A DNA stretch of 64,000 nucleotides. Origin: an uncultured Ignavibacteriaceae bacterium (GTDB taxonomy: Bacteria > Bacteroidota > Ignavibacteria > UBA10030). The DNA lies in NCBI GenBank assembly GCA_964645575.1, contig CAZYAM010000002.1:719-64718 (forward strand), in the 5' to 3' direction. This document shows positions 39,875 to 50,833 of the stretch, one piece after another (within the stretch, counting starts at the first letter, position 1; every line of letters begins with the position of its first letter). A program made the translations under genes and the position numbers. The notes under the pieces were generated by a model. It did not search any database. It saw only the letters and a list, made by a program, of their open reading frames with translations, and was not told where the DNA came from.

Positions 39875-40999
39875 ATGCTGTTCTATTTGTTTACATATTT
39901 GCACAGAACATTAGATATTCCCGGTTTAGGTGTATTTCGGTACATCACTTTCCGAGCCGGTGTTGCGGCTGTGACAGCATTGATCATTTCGTTTTGGCTG
40001 GGACCGAAGATAATACGTAAAATGCGTGAACTACAAATCGGCGAAGCGGCAAAACTTGAAGCACCCAAAACACATCTTATAAAAGCAGGTACGCCGACTA
40101 TGGGCGGATTGATTGTCCTTTTCTCTATAATTATTCCCGCCTTATTATGGACAGATCTGAAGAATGTTTATATACTGCTTATTCTCTTTGTTACAGTGGC
40201 ATTAGGTACTATTGGATTTATGGATGACTTTCTGAAAGTAGTTAGAAAAAAACCGAATGGACTTATCTGGAAATATAAAATTGTTGGACAAGTTTTGGTC
40301 GGATTAGTTGTAGGCAGTGTGATTTATTATTTTCCGCATTGGATAGATCCGGAACTTGTTCAGTTAAAATCAAGCACCACGGTTCCATTTATTAAGAATC
40401 TTGAATTTAATTTCGGATTGCTTTATATCCCGATGGTCATCTTTGTTATTACGGCAACATCGAATGCGGTAAACTTGACGGACGGACTTGATGGATTGGC
40501 TATCGGTAATGTTGGCATTGTCTGCTTTACACTCGCTATCATTACATACGTATCAGGACATTCAATTTGGAGCCAGTATCTCACAATTCCATATCTTCGC
40601 GGAAACGGTGAATTGACGATATATTGTGCGGCAATCACGGGTGCTTCATTAGGATTCCTCTGGTTCAATTCACATCCTGCGGAAATTTTTATGGGCGATA
40701 CCGGTTCGCTTGCTCTCGGCGGTGTTATCGGTGCAATGTGTGTCCTTATTAAAAAGGAATTGTTACTTCCTATGCTTGGCGGTGTATTTTTAATGGAGAC
40801 TGCATCGGTTATTATTCAGCGGTCATATTTTAAGTATACAAAGAAACTATACGGCGAAGGCAAACGTGTTTTTAAAATGGCTCCGATTCATCATCATTTT
40901 GAACTTCTCGGCTGGGCAGAGCCAAAGATTGTGACCAGATTCTATATTATTGCAATTATACTTATGATTTTGAGTTTGGCAACATTTAAGGTGCGATAA
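39875..40999 (+). CDS. mraY: Phospho-N-acetylmuramoyl-pentapeptide transferase MraY
   Basis: It is a polytopic protein with NAVNLTDGLDGLA and FMGDTGSLALGG motifs. Confidence 0.9.
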   Translation: MLFYLFTYLHRTLDIPGLGVFRYITFRAGVAAVTALIISFWLGPKIIRKMRELQIGEAAKLEAPKTHLIKAGTPTMGGLIVLFSIIIPALLWTDLKNVYILLILFVTVALGTIGFMDDFLKVVRKKPNGLIWKYKIVGQVLVGLVVGSVIYYFPHWIDPELVQLKSSTTVPFIKNLEFNFGLLYIPMVIFVITATSNAVNLTDGLDGLAIGNVGIVCFTLAIITYVSGHSIWSQYLTIPYLRGNGELTIYCAAITGASLGFLWFNSHPAEIFMGDTGSLALGGVIGAMCVLIKKELLLPMLGGVFLMETASVIIQRSYFKYTKKLYGEGKRVFKMAPIHHHFELLGWAEPKIVTRFYIIAIILMILSLATFKVR

Positions 41000-41005
41000 T
41001 TATTA

Positions 41006-42361
41006 ATGGACAGTACTCTTTTAAATAAGAAAAAAGTTACTGTTATCGGCGCAGCACGCAGCGGTATTGCCGTTGCGAAGCTTCTTCGAGCACATGGTGC
41101 CCGAGTATTTGTCAGTGATTCTGCTTCGGCAGAGAAACTGCAATCTTCACTGTCTCAGTTTCAGTCGGAAAAAATAGAATACGAAACAGGAAAACACACG
41201 GCGCGTGTTTATGAATGCGAGTTAATGGTAATTAGTCCCGGTGTTCCCAGTAATGCGCCGGTTGTACTCGAAGCACGGAAACGCGATATCAGAGTTATCA
41301 GTGAACTTGAAGTTAGCAGTTGGTTTTGCCGGTCGCCTATTGTGGCAATAACCGGCGCCAATGGAAAAACGACAACCACAACTTTAATTGGAAGGATACT
41401 CGACCATGCAAAGAAAAAACATGTTGTTGCTGGCAACATTGGAACGGCGTTCTCATCTGTCGTTTTGGAACTGGCTGAAACAGATATTGTTGTTCTGGAA
41501 GTGAGCAGCTTTCAACTGGATCATATCGAAACGTTCAGGCCGAAGATTTCAGTCCTGTTGAACATAACTCCGGATCACATGGATCGGTACGATCATTCTA
41601 TGGAAAAATATGCGGCTTCAAAAGCAAAAATCTTTCAAAATCAGCGTTCCGAAGATGTGCTCATATACAATTCAGATGATGAATGGACGAACCGGATTAT
41701 CCCTCAAGCAAAAAGCCGCAAGATAGCTTTTAGCATACGGCAGAAATTGAATGAAGGAGCATTTGTCGAAAAAGAAAAACTTGTTACTTCTCTTGGAGGA
41801 GTCAAGACGGGAATCATCGACATTGATAGAATTTTCATCAAAGGCAAACATAACCTCTATAATTCAATGGCGGCTGTGCTTGCAGGACAACTGCTCGGAG
41901 TTGAGTCAGATTCGCTTCGTTCAACATTGGAAGAATTCAAAGGAGTCGAGCATCGTCTGGAGTTTGTCCGAGAGATTAACAAAGTTCGCTATTACAACGA
42001 TTCGAAGGCTACCAATGTGGATTCAGTGTGGTACGCACTGCAGGCATTTAGAGAACCGATAGTGTTGCTATTAGGAGGCCGTGATAAGGGGAACGATTAT
42101 TCCCGATTAACCGAACTTGTGAAGAAGCAAGTAAAAGCGATTGTTGCTATCGGAGAATCAGCGGGAAAAGTGGAACAAGAATTCAGCAATACAATCAGCA
42201 TTAAAAAAGCCGGTACGATGGATGAAGCAGTAGCAACAGCACATTCAATCGCGCAATCCGGAGATGTAGTGCTTCTTTCACCGGCATGTGCATCGTTCGA
42301 TTGGTTTAAGAATTATGAACACCGCGGGCAAGTGTTTAAAGAACTTGTTAAGAATTTATGA
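41006..42361 (+). CDS. murD: UDP-MurNAc-L-Ala--D-Glu ligase MurD
   Basis: An N-terminal Rossmann (VIGAARSGIA) is followed by the P-loop ITGANGKTTTT. Confidence 0.85.
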   Translation: MDSTLLNKKKVTVIGAARSGIAVAKLLRAHGARVFVSDSASAEKLQSSLSQFQSEKIEYETGKHTARVYECELMVISPGVPSNAPVVLEARKRDIRVISELEVSSWFCRSPIVAITGANGKTTTTTLIGRILDHAKKKHVVAGNIGTAFSSVVLELAETDIVVLEVSSFQLDHIETFRPKISVLLNITPDHMDRYDHSMEKYAASKAKIFQNQRSEDVLIYNSDDEWTNRIIPQAKSRKIAFSIRQKLNEGAFVEKEKLVTSLGGVKTGIIDIDRIFIKGKHNLYNSMAAVLAGQLLGVESDSLRSTLEEFKGVEHRLEFVREINKVRYYNDSKATNVDSVWYALQAFREPIVLLLGGRDKGNDYSRLTELVKKQVKAIVAIGESAGKVEQEFSNTISIKKAGTMDEAVATAHSIAQSGDVVLLSPACASFDWFKNYEHRGQVFKELVKNL

Positions 42362-42399
42362 CACCAAAGAGTAATATACTTGCATAATGAGTGTAATCA

Positions 42400-43587
42400 A
42401 TGCTGAAGATCAGGCGAAATCATATCGACATCTGGCTGCTTATTGTAGTGCTCGGATTACTGGTCGTTAGTCTCGGAGTTGTCTACAGCGCATCTGCAGA
42501 ATGGTCTTTGAAACGGTTCGAGACTCAGAATCATTATCTCGATCTGCATGCAATCAAAGTTTTGCTCAGCATTAGTGCACTGTTTATAGGCCTGAGTATT
42601 CCGTACGGCTTTTATAAAAAGTATACAAAGTTTGCACTTATCATCGCTGTGTTGTTCTTAACTGTCACCTTCATGCTCGGAGGTGAAACGAAAGGTGCAG
42701 TCCGCTGGCTTAGGTTCGGAGGATTGGGATTCCAGCCATCGGAATTCGCAAAATTTGCTTTATTGTTCCATATCAGTCTTTTGCTGGCAACAAAAGGGGA
42801 GAATATCAAAGATTTTAAAAATGGATTTCTCCCTATAATTTTCTGGATTGCCGTTATTACCGGATTAGTGCTTGCACAACCTAATCTCAGTACCGGTGTG
42901 ATGCTGTTTATTTTGACGGTTGTGATTATGTTTATCGGGCGTGTCCGAATTTTACATCTTCTCGGATTGGTTTTTACCGCCGCCAGTCTATTTACTCTCT
43001 ATATGCTGTTTATGGCATATGTACTAAAACGCCCGTACCAGCTGCAGCGTATCTTGAATTTCGTACAAGGAGATTCGAACGGCAAATATAATTATCAACT
43101 CTGGCAAGGTATAATCGGCTTCGGTAACGGCGGATTGCTTGGCGTCGGTCCCGGCGAAAGCCGTCAGCGTGATTTATTCTTGCCGGAATCCTACAATGAC
43201 TTTATCTATTCCATTGTAGGGGAAGAATACGGATTACTCGGTACGCTTGTTGTGCTCGGTGCATTTCTATTCATAATGTTGCGTGGTTTTCGGATTGCCA
43301 GATATGCAAAAGATGATTTTGCGCGATTTCTTGCGATTGCTATAACAAGCACCATTACATTGTATGCATTGGTAAATGCGAGTGTGGCACTGGGAATTTT
43401 TCCAACAACAGGGTTACCGATGCCATTTATCAGTTATGGAGGTTCGTCTCTGATGTTGTCGGCGTTTTCCGTCGGCGTACTGCTGAATATTTCCACGCAT
43501 ACGGATTTACATCCGCGGATAACAAAAATCACAGAAAATGATGTTGCGACTCTTGCGTCGGAGACGGGTCTTGGAAAAACATATTAA
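42400..43587 (+). CDS. ftsW: SEDS-family peptidoglycan glycosyltransferase FtsW
   Basis: It is a 10-TM FtsW/RodA-family protein between murD and murG. Confidence 0.85.
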   Translation: MLKIRRNHIDIWLLIVVLGLLVVSLGVVYSASAEWSLKRFETQNHYLDLHAIKVLLSISALFIGLSIPYGFYKKYTKFALIIAVLFLTVTFMLGGETKGAVRWLRFGGLGFQPSEFAKFALLFHISLLLATKGENIKDFKNGFLPIIFWIAVITGLVLAQPNLSTGVMLFILTVVIMFIGRVRILHLLGLVFTAASLFTLYMLFMAYVLKRPYQLQRILNFVQGDSNGKYNYQLWQGIIGFGNGGLLGVGPGESRQRDLFLPESYNDFIYSIVGEEYGLLGTLVVLGAFLFIMLRGFRIARYAKDDFARFLAIAITSTITLYALVNASVALGIFPTTGLPMPFISYGGSSLMLSAFSVGVLLNISTHTDLHPRITKITENDVATLASETGLGKTY

Positions 43588-43590
43588 AGA

Positions 43591-44685
43591 ATGCCGAAAG
43601 AGAAATTGAGAATTCTCATTGCGGCGGGCGGAACCGGAGGCCATGTGTTTCCGGCAATCGCTATCGCAGATGAAATAAGAAAATTGAATCCAAATACGGA
43701 GTACTTGTTTGTCGGTACTAAAGGAAAAATTGAAGCGCGTGTCGTTCCTCAACGGGGATACACGCTTGCAAAGATATGGATCAGCGGATTCTATCGCAGC
43801 TTGCGCTTGGATAATCTGTTGTTTCCAATTAAAGTAGTTGTTTCGCTTGTTCAGTCGTTTATTCTCATAAGAAGATTCAAGCCGGATATTGTGGTCGGAA
43901 CCGGCGGTTATGTGTGCGGTCCGGTTTTATATATCGCATCAGTGCTGGGAATTCCGATTGTTGTTCATGAATCGAACAGTTATCCCGGAGCAACAACACG
44001 GCTGCTTTCAACGAGGGCAACAAAGATATTTACGTCGTTTGATAAAACAGAACAATGGTTAAAAAGAAAAGATAATGTTGAACTTATTGGTACACCAACA
44101 AGAGATACGCTTGGAACAATATCTAAGGAACGGGGAATTAGATTTTTTAATCTCGATCCATCGAAAAAAACAGTGCTTATTTTTGGCGGAAGTCTCGGTG
44201 CAACATCCATCAATCAGGCCGTGAAAGAAATGATAAATGAATTGACGAATGCTGGAATACAGTTAATATGGCAAACAGGTAAATCTGATACAATATCAGT
44301 AAATGACTTGAAAACAAAAAATAATATATGGATTAGGGCATTCATAGATAAAATGGAGTATGCGTTAGCTGCAGCTGATGTTGTTGTCTGCCGTGCCGGG
44401 GCGACAACATTAGCAGAATTAACACGTCTGGGCAAAGCGGCTATTCTTGTACCCTATCCGTACGCAGCTGCGGACCATCAGACATTCAACGCGCGTTCAT
44501 TAGTTGATGCAGGTGCGGCAATTATGATTACGGATAAGAATGTAAAAACAGCATTAAAAACCGAATTAATCCATTTATTGAGCAACAGCAAGAAAATGAC
44601 GGAGATGTGTGAAGCGTGCAGGAAACTTGGAAAACCGAATGCAGGCAGCGAGATTGCACAAAGGATCCTTGATTTAACGAGGTAA
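43591..44685 (+). CDS. murG: Lipid II synthase MurG
   Basis: The sequence has GGTGGHVFPA and a GT-B fold with a C-terminal GGS motif. Confidence 0.9.
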   Translation: MPKEKLRILIAAGGTGGHVFPAIAIADEIRKLNPNTEYLFVGTKGKIEARVVPQRGYTLAKIWISGFYRSLRLDNLLFPIKVVVSLVQSFILIRRFKPDIVVGTGGYVCGPVLYIASVLGIPIVVHESNSYPGATTRLLSTRATKIFTSFDKTEQWLKRKDNVELIGTPTRDTLGTISKERGIRFFNLDPSKKTVLIFGGSLGATSINQAVKEMINELTNAGIQLIWQTGKSDTISVNDLKTKNNIWIRAFIDKMEYALAAADVVVCRAGATTLAELTRLGKAAILVPYPYAAADHQTFNARSLVDAGAAIMITDKNVKTALKTELIHLLSNSKKMTEMCEACRKLGKPNAGSEIAQRILDLTR

Positions 44686-44687
44686 TC

Positions 44688-45182
44688 GTGAACGGGAAAA
44701 CATTTAAATATAAGCTCGATTTTTATTATCAGCAGACACTGATCTATCTTTTCACGCTGGTATTGTATGCCGGCATATTCGGCAGCTTTGTAGAAAGTCA
44801 GTTCAGTTTTGTTTTTAAAGATCCCATTGTGTATATCATCACGTTTTTTTTCGGTATTTCTTTAGTTGCATTGGTTCTTAATATCTGGCATGATCGAAAA
44901 CTAATCTTAACTCCGGAGCAGATGATATTCCATTCGCGGCACAGGGAAAGAATTTTTAAAATCAAAGATTTCGAGTGGATGCATATCGGCAAGGAACGGT
45001 TTGTACAAACAGCCGGACGATTTCAACAGATCTCCATTAAGATGAAAAACAGATCAATTCCAATTCGAATCCGGGTCGGACGATATGAGCACAATCGTGA
45101 ACTTGTAGCCGAAATGGAAAAAATTGCGAAAATAGTGCCTAATAAAAAACCGCGTCGGTTTAATATCAAACGATACAGATAA
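44688..45182 (+). CDS. Uncharacterised small membrane protein inserted in the dcw cluster
   Basis: It is 164 aa with two predicted TM helices (IYLFTLVLYAGIFGSF; IVYIITFFFGISLVALVLNIW) and a basic C-terminal domain. It is tightly packed between murG and murC. Confidence 0.45.
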   Translation: MNGKTFKYKLDFYYQQTLIYLFTLVLYAGIFGSFVESQFSFVFKDPIVYIITFFFGISLVALVLNIWHDRKLILTPEQMIFHSRHRERIFKIKDFEWMHIGKERFVQTAGRFQQISIKMKNRSIPIRIRVGRYEHNRELVAEMEKIAKIVPNKKPRRFNIKRYR

Positions 45183-45210
45183 AATTGAGTTTTTAATAAT
45201 AGGAATATAA

Positions 45211-46596
45211 ATGTTTCGTTCAATTAAGAAATTGCATTTCATTGGGATCGGCGGTATTGGGATGAGCGGTATAGCGGAAATTTTACTCGACCAGGGATTT
45301 AAAGTCAGCGGCTCCGATCGTTCAATATCTGAAGTTACAGAACGTCTGCAGAACCTTGGTGCGGTAATATTTGAAGGTCATAAAGCCGAAAATATTTCGC
45401 AGGACGTGGATACAGTCGTGTATTCTTCTGCAGTGCAGCTTGATAACACTGAAATTCTTGAAGCACAGAAGCGAAACATTCCCATTGTACGCCGCGCCGA
45501 AATGCTTGCTGAAGTCATGCGCTTGAAATATGGTATCGGTATTGCCGGCACCCATGGAAAAACAACGACGACTTCGATGATAAGTCTTGTACTTATGGAA
45601 GGCGGCCTTGACCCGACAGTCATTGTCGGTGGTAAATTAAGCGGATTAGGCGGTACTAATGCCCGCCTCGGTCGCGGTGAATTCATCGTTGTTGAGGCGG
45701 ATGAATTTGACCGTTCATTCTTGTCTATCACACCGACCATCGCCGTACTGACTACACTCGAAACCGACCATCTTGATTGTTATCGTGACTTAGAAGACAT
45801 AAAAAACGCTTTTATTCAGTTTGCATCAAAAGTACCATTCTACGGATTCATTGTTCTCTGTCTAGATGAACCGGCATTATTGGATATTATGCCGCAACTG
45901 AGTAAAAAGAAGATTATTACATACGGACTTAATCCGCAGGCAGACATTCAAGCGGTAGAAATCCGGCATAAGGATAGCTCAAGTACATTCACGCTTGTAC
46001 GAAGTAATCAAGAACTCGGAACGATTACACTTCAGGTGCCTGGTGTGCATAACGTGCAGAATTCGCTTGGTGCAATCTCGGTCGGGTTGGAACTTAATGT
46101 TCCATTTAAGAAAATCAAAGCTGGTATCGAAAAATTTTCAGGCGTCTATCGGCGATGGGAAAAGAAAGGTGAAGTGAACGATATAGCGTTGTATGATGAT
46201 TATGCTCATCATCCGACAGAATGCAAAGCAACGCTTTCCGGAGTGAAGTCGGGCTGGCGACGAAGGGTTATCTGTGTGTTCCAGCCGCATTTGTACAGCC
46301 GTACTCGTGATTTTTATGAGGACTTTGGCAAGTCATTCCTATTATCGGATGTGCTGGTTGTTACTGATGTATACCCTGCTCGAGAGGAACCGATTCAGGG
46401 AGTGAACGGCGAGTTAATAGTAAATGTGGCAAAACAGTTCGGCCATAAGGATGTATACTATGTTCCTGAAAAAAAGAATGTCCCCGCATTTCTGATGTCA
46501 ATTGTAAAGGCAGGAGACATAGTAGTAACCATGGGTGCAGGTGATATCTGGAAATACGGCGAAGAATTTCTAAAAATATTAGCGGAGAAAAAGTAA
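45211..46596 (+). CDS. murC: UDP-N-acetylmuramate--L-alanine ligase MurC
   Basis: The sequence has HFIGIGGIGMSGIA and the P-loop GIAGTHGKTTTTSM. Confidence 0.9.
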   Translation: MFRSIKKLHFIGIGGIGMSGIAEILLDQGFKVSGSDRSISEVTERLQNLGAVIFEGHKAENISQDVDTVVYSSAVQLDNTEILEAQKRNIPIVRRAEMLAEVMRLKYGIGIAGTHGKTTTTSMISLVLMEGGLDPTVIVGGKLSGLGGTNARLGRGEFIVVEADEFDRSFLSITPTIAVLTTLETDHLDCYRDLEDIKNAFIQFASKVPFYGFIVLCLDEPALLDIMPQLSKKKIITYGLNPQADIQAVEIRHKDSSSTFTLVRSNQELGTITLQVPGVHNVQNSLGAISVGLELNVPFKKIKAGIEKFSGVYRRWEKKGEVNDIALYDDYAHHPTECKATLSGVKSGWRRRVICVFQPHLYSRTRDFYEDFGKSFLLSDVLVVTDVYPAREEPIQGVNGELIVNVAKQFGHKDVYYVPEKKNVPAFLMSIVKAGDIVVTMGAGDIWKYGEEFLKILAEKK

Positions 46597-46641
46597 AACA
46601 GGACAAAAATCAGGCAGATTTAAAATTCTTTATTCGAAAAG

Positions 46642-47556
46642 ATGATCTCTTTAATTGATATACAGAAAATACTCCGCGGCAACATTGCTGTAGATGAACC
46701 AATGGCAAAATATTCATGGATGAAAGTCGGCGGTCCGGCTGATTTCTATATTGAACCGTTGGATAAAGACGATCTGATGGCAATAATAGATTATTTCCAT
46801 TCACATCGTTATTCATGGATAGTTATAGGCCGCGGAAGCAATATGCTTATCAGTGACGATGGAATCCGCGGCGCAGTGATAAATATTGAACAAGCGCTTT
46901 CAAAAAATTACATCCAAGGCAATCTTGTTATTGCTGAAGCCGGGGTCCGGCTGACAAAATTTGTCGATTTCTGTATCCAGAACGAACTAGCCGGTGTTGA
47001 AATGCTGGCAGGAATTCCAGGAACTATCGGCGGTGCGGTAGTAATGAATGCCGGTGCCCACGGCAGTGAAATTGCTGATCATCTTGTTGAAGTTGAAGTC
47101 ATCCGTAATGGACAAATACAAAAAGTAAAAAAAGAAGAAGCAAAGTTTGCATACCGTCATTCGGAATTTGGCCAGGATGTTGTACTGAATGCGGTATTCA
47201 AGCTTCAACAGGGACAAAAAGAGCCGTTGAGTGCAAAGCGACGTGAATTAATCCTCAGCCGCAATAAAACGCAGCCGCTGGAGTTTCCAAACCTCGGCAG
47301 TATGTTTAAAAATCCACCGAATACATATGCGGCAAAATTAATTGAACAGGCCGGATTAAAAGGCAAACGAGTAGGTAATGCACAGATATCAGAGAAACAT
47401 GCAAATTTTATAGTAAATCTCGGTGATGCAAAAGCAGAAGATGTAATAAAGCTAATTGACCTGATAAAACGTACTGTCTATCAAAATTCAGGAGTGATGT
47501 TGGATTTAGAAGTAAAATTAGTCGGATTTACCAACTCGGCGAAGGAAGCGGCATGA
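46642..47556 (+). CDS. murB: UDP-N-acetylenolpyruvoylglucosamine reductase MurB
   Basis: It has an FAD-binding PCMH-type domain (GGPADFYIEP, IGRGSNML) and a C-terminal MurB domain. Confidence 0.85.
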   Translation: MISLIDIQKILRGNIAVDEPMAKYSWMKVGGPADFYIEPLDKDDLMAIIDYFHSHRYSWIVIGRGSNMLISDDGIRGAVINIEQALSKNYIQGNLVIAEAGVRLTKFVDFCIQNELAGVEMLAGIPGTIGGAVVMNAGAHGSEIADHLVEVEVIRNGQIQKVKKEEAKFAYRHSEFGQDVVLNAVFKLQQGQKEPLSAKRRELILSRNKTQPLEFPNLGSMFKNPPNTYAAKLIEQAGLKGKRVGNAQISEKHANFIVNLGDAKAEDVIKLIDLIKRTVYQNSGVMLDLEVKLVGFTNSAKEAA

Positions 47557-48314
47557 ACGAGCCTAAACCAAGAACATTTCATGCATTGATGTTGATAGCT
47601 CTGGTGGTTTGTCTTGCCTTCGGTGCAAATGCATGGAAGTCAAAGTTAAAAATCGATCAAATTAAAATTAGCGGTAATCGGATAGTCAGCACGAATGAAA
47701 TTATTCAACTCTCTCAAATACAAATAGGCTCCCTTTTGTATAAAGCTGATTTAACGGCGATTCAGCAAAATGTAATAAGTCATTATTATATCAAAAATGC
47801 TGTAGTGGATCGGAATTTGCCCAACTCAATAAATATCCAGATTATTGAGCGCATTCCTGCTGCAATGGTGAATCTTTCCGAACCGCTGTACCTGGATGAA
47901 GACGGTGTGATACTCCCCAAAGCAGTTGCATATAAGATTTTTGATTTGCCGATGATCAGCGGAATATCGGCGCGTAAATCCCTTATTTTTGGTACAAAAG
48001 TCAGTCAACCGGATGAAATTGAAGCAATGCAATTACTTGCAGTATTAAGAACGGTGAATCGTCCATTGTATCATAATATTTCAGAAATACAATTACGAAA
48101 CGGCGGAGATATATTGCTGTACTCGGCAGAGGGCGGTATACCGATTATTTTTGGCCGCGGTGAACTGACCGGAAAAATTACACGATTGGAAGCATTTTGG
48201 AATAATATTGTGCATACGCGCGGAGTGAAAAACCTGCAGTATGTAGACTTGCGGTACAGGGATCAGATAGTTGCTGTCTGGAGACAAGAACCATCGACGG
48301 CTAAAACCATGTAA
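47553..48314 (+). CDS. ftsQ: Cell-division protein FtsQ (POTRA-containing)
   Basis: It is an N-terminal single-pass TM followed by POTRA-like beta-rich domains. It occupies the canonical position before ftsA. Confidence 0.6.
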   Translation: MNEPKPRTFHALMLIALVVCLAFGANAWKSKLKIDQIKISGNRIVSTNEIIQLSQIQIGSLLYKADLTAIQQNVISHYYIKNAVVDRNLPNSINIQIIERIPAAMVNLSEPLYLDEDGVILPKAVAYKIFDLPMISGISARKSLIFGTKVSQPDEIEAMQLLAVLRTVNRPLYHNISEIQLRNGGDILLYSAEGGIPIIFGRGELTGKITRLEAFWNNIVHTRGVKNLQYVDLRYRDQIVAVWRQEPSTAKTM

Positions 48315-48361
48315 CGATAAAGTATTTCATGATTTTATAATTTTGATACGAAGGATATAAT

Positions 48362-49600
48362 ATGGAGCAGGACATAGCAGTTGGATTGGATATTGGTACA
48401 ACAAAAGTTTGTGCGATTGTTGCATCGCCGGACGATAGTTATCCCGGAAAACTGAAAATACTCGGCATCGGCAAAAGCACATCTGAAGGATTAACGCGCG
48501 GTGTAGTGACGAACATAGAGAAGACAGTTCGCTCCATTCAATCGGCTGTTCAGGATGCCGAACAGCAATCGGGAGTAGAAATCAGTTCCGTCACGGTCGG
48601 TATTGCCGGCGATCATATTCAAAGTTTTCAAAGCCGCGGTGTTATCAGCATCAGCCGGCAGGAAAATGAAATTACACAGGATGATATCGATAGGCTGATC
48701 GAAGATACAAAACGTGTCGCACTTCCGCTTGACCGGAAAATTATCCATGTGATTCCCCAGCAATTCATTGTCGATGGACAGGATAGTATTTATGACCCGA
48801 CCGGAATGTCCGGTGTACGAATGGAAGCGATCGTTCATATCATTACAGGACTCGTAACAGCGGCGCAAAACATTTACAAATGCGTTCAGCGCGCAGGTTT
48901 ACATGTAAATGATATGGTACTTGAACCGCTGGCCTCTAGTTATGCAGTTTTAGATGATGAAGAAAAAGAAGTAGGCGTAGCGCTTCTCGATATAGGCGGC
49001 GGTACAACGGATCTTGCCGTATTTGAAGAGCGTACTATCCGCCATACGGCTGTCATAGGTATTGCAGGCAAAAAAGTGACGGATGATATCCGCAAGGGAT
49101 TCGGCATTCTTACCGATCAGGCCGAGAGAATTAAAGTGGAATACGGATTCACTTATGAACCTGCAATTGTGGATAATCAGCTGATTCAAATTCCCGGCAT
49201 CGGCGGCCGCGCTCCACTTGACATTGACAAGCATTTATTGTGCAAAGTAATTCAGCCGAGAATGGAAGAAATTCTGGAATTTGCTGCAATGGAAATCAAA
49301 CGTTCCGGTTATTCTAAACATCTTTCTGCAGGAGTTGTACTTACTGGCGGCGGTTCACTGATTAAAGGAACTGCCGATCTGGCAAAAGATGTACTCGGAA
49401 TGCCGGTAAAGATCGGAATTCCGGGCGGATTCAGCTCCGGACTCGTTCGGGAAATTGAAAATCCAATTTACGCTACTGGAGTCGGACTTGTAATGCATGA
49501 ATTAAAACATCGTGATCGTTCCGGAATTAAAGCAGTCATCCAGGATGGAAAAGGCAGAACGATTTTCCAGAAAATGAAGTCATGGTTTGATGAATTATAA
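48362..49600 (+). CDS. ftsA: Cell-division protein FtsA (actin-like ATPase)
   Basis: It has the actin-fold phosphate loops (GLDIGTTKVCA, LLDIGGGTTD). Confidence 0.9.
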   Translation: MEQDIAVGLDIGTTKVCAIVASPDDSYPGKLKILGIGKSTSEGLTRGVVTNIEKTVRSIQSAVQDAEQQSGVEISSVTVGIAGDHIQSFQSRGVISISRQENEITQDDIDRLIEDTKRVALPLDRKIIHVIPQQFIVDGQDSIYDPTGMSGVRMEAIVHIITGLVTAAQNIYKCVQRAGLHVNDMVLEPLASSYAVLDDEEKEVGVALLDIGGGTTDLAVFEERTIRHTAVIGIAGKKVTDDIRKGFGILTDQAERIKVEYGFTYEPAIVDNQLIQIPGIGGRAPLDIDKHLLCKVIQPRMEEILEFAAMEIKRSGYSKHLSAGVVLTGGGSLIKGTADLAKDVLGMPVKIGIPGGFSSGLVREIENPIYATGVGLVMHELKHRDRSGIKAVIQDGKGRTIFQKMKSWFDEL

Positions 49601-49657
49601 ATAAGAATAAGAACATTATAAACAATAAATTCATAACAAATAAAAGGAGAAACCACC

Positions 49658-50833
49658 GTGCCTATTGAACTTGACACCCAAGTTAGTCGAGGAGCAAAAA
49701 TTCGCGTTGTTGGTGTTGGCGGAGGCGGAGGAAATGCCGTTAATAGTATGATCGATAAAGGTCTTGCCGGCGTTGATTTCGTTATCATCAATACAGATGC
49801 GCAAGCACTGGAACGTAACCAGGCTACCCATAAAATACAGATCGGTAAGAATCTGACGCGCGGTCTCGGCTGCGGGGCCGATCCAAGCATCGGCTTCCGT
49901 GCTGTGGAAGAAGATAGAGAAGAAATCGCGCAGGCTTTAACCGGCTGTGATATGGTATTTATAACAGCAGGATTGGGCGGCGGTACAGGTACTGGAGGCG
50001 CACCATTGGTAGCAAACATTGCAAAAAGTATCGGTGCACTCGTAGTCGGTATTGTTACGAAGCCCTTTAACAGTGAAGGCAAAAAAAGGAACGGACAAGC
50101 CGAGGATGGAATTGAAGAGCTGAAAAAAAATGTCGATACACTTATCGTCATTCCAAACCAAAAGCTTCTTGATCTCATTGACCGGCGCACACCGATAATC
50201 GAAGCATTCGAAATAGCCAATCAGGTCCTGTATAATGCTACACGCGGCATATCGGAAGTGATTACCGTTCCGGGCTACATCAATGTCGACTTTGCCGATG
50301 TACGCACTATTATGAAGGAAATGGGTGATGCGCTCATGGGCACAGGAATTGCAACCGGCGATAACCGTGCAACTGAAGCATCACAGATGGCAATATCCAG
50401 TCCGCTGCTTGAAGGTGTTTCAATAGCCGGAGCCCAGGGAATTCTTATTAATATCACCGGTGGCAAAGAACTCAGCCTTATGGAAGTGGATGAAGCAACA
50501 AAGGTTATTCACGAAGCGGCAGGCGAGGAATCAAATGTTATCCTCGGCACCGTCATAGATGAAAAAATGACGGATGAAATTATGGTAACCGTCATTGCAA
50601 CAGGTTTCAACAAACGGGCGGCGGCAGTACAGCGGCCTGCAAAACCGGCGGCAAAATTAATCGATCATGTGCCGGTTGGCCCGACGGAATTGCAGCGTTT
50701 TGAGCTGCCGACATTCGTACGCCGAGGTGTTGAAATTCCAAATGCGCCTTTGCGTGAAACAGGAACGCAGCGGGAAAAGATCGATAAATCGGATACGGAA
50801 CGCCCGGCGTTTTTACGCAAGATAATGGACTAA
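49658..50833 (+). CDS. ftsZ: Tubulin-like GTPase FtsZ
   Basis: The sequence has VGVGGGGGNAVN and the tubulin signature GLGGGTGTGGAP. It has a GTG start with RBS aaaggag. Confidence 0.95.
   Translation: MPIELDTQVSRGAKIRVVGVGGGGGNAVNSMIDKGLAGVDFVIINTDAQALERNQATHKIQIGKNLTRGLGCGADPSIGFRAVEEDREEIAQALTGCDMVFITAGLGGGTGTGGAPLVANIAKSIGALVVGIVTKPFNSEGKKRNGQAEDGIEELKKNVDTLIVIPNQKLLDLIDRRTPIIEAFEIANQVLYNATRGISEVITVPGYINVDFADVRTIMKEMGDALMGTGIATGDNRATEASQMAISSPLLEGVSIAGAQGILINITGGKELSLMEVDEATKVIHEAAGEESNVILGTVIDEKMTDEIMVTVIATGFNKRAAAVQRPAKPAAKLIDHVPVGPTELQRFELPTFVRRGVEIPNAPLRETGTQREKIDKSDTERPAFLRKIMD

Noticed and set aside
49468-50220. 250-aa minus-strand ORF antisense to the ftsA/ftsZ junction
   Set aside because: It overlaps the highly conserved ftsZ N-terminal coding region. 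It is proline/serine-rich junk typical of an antisense GC-rich frame.
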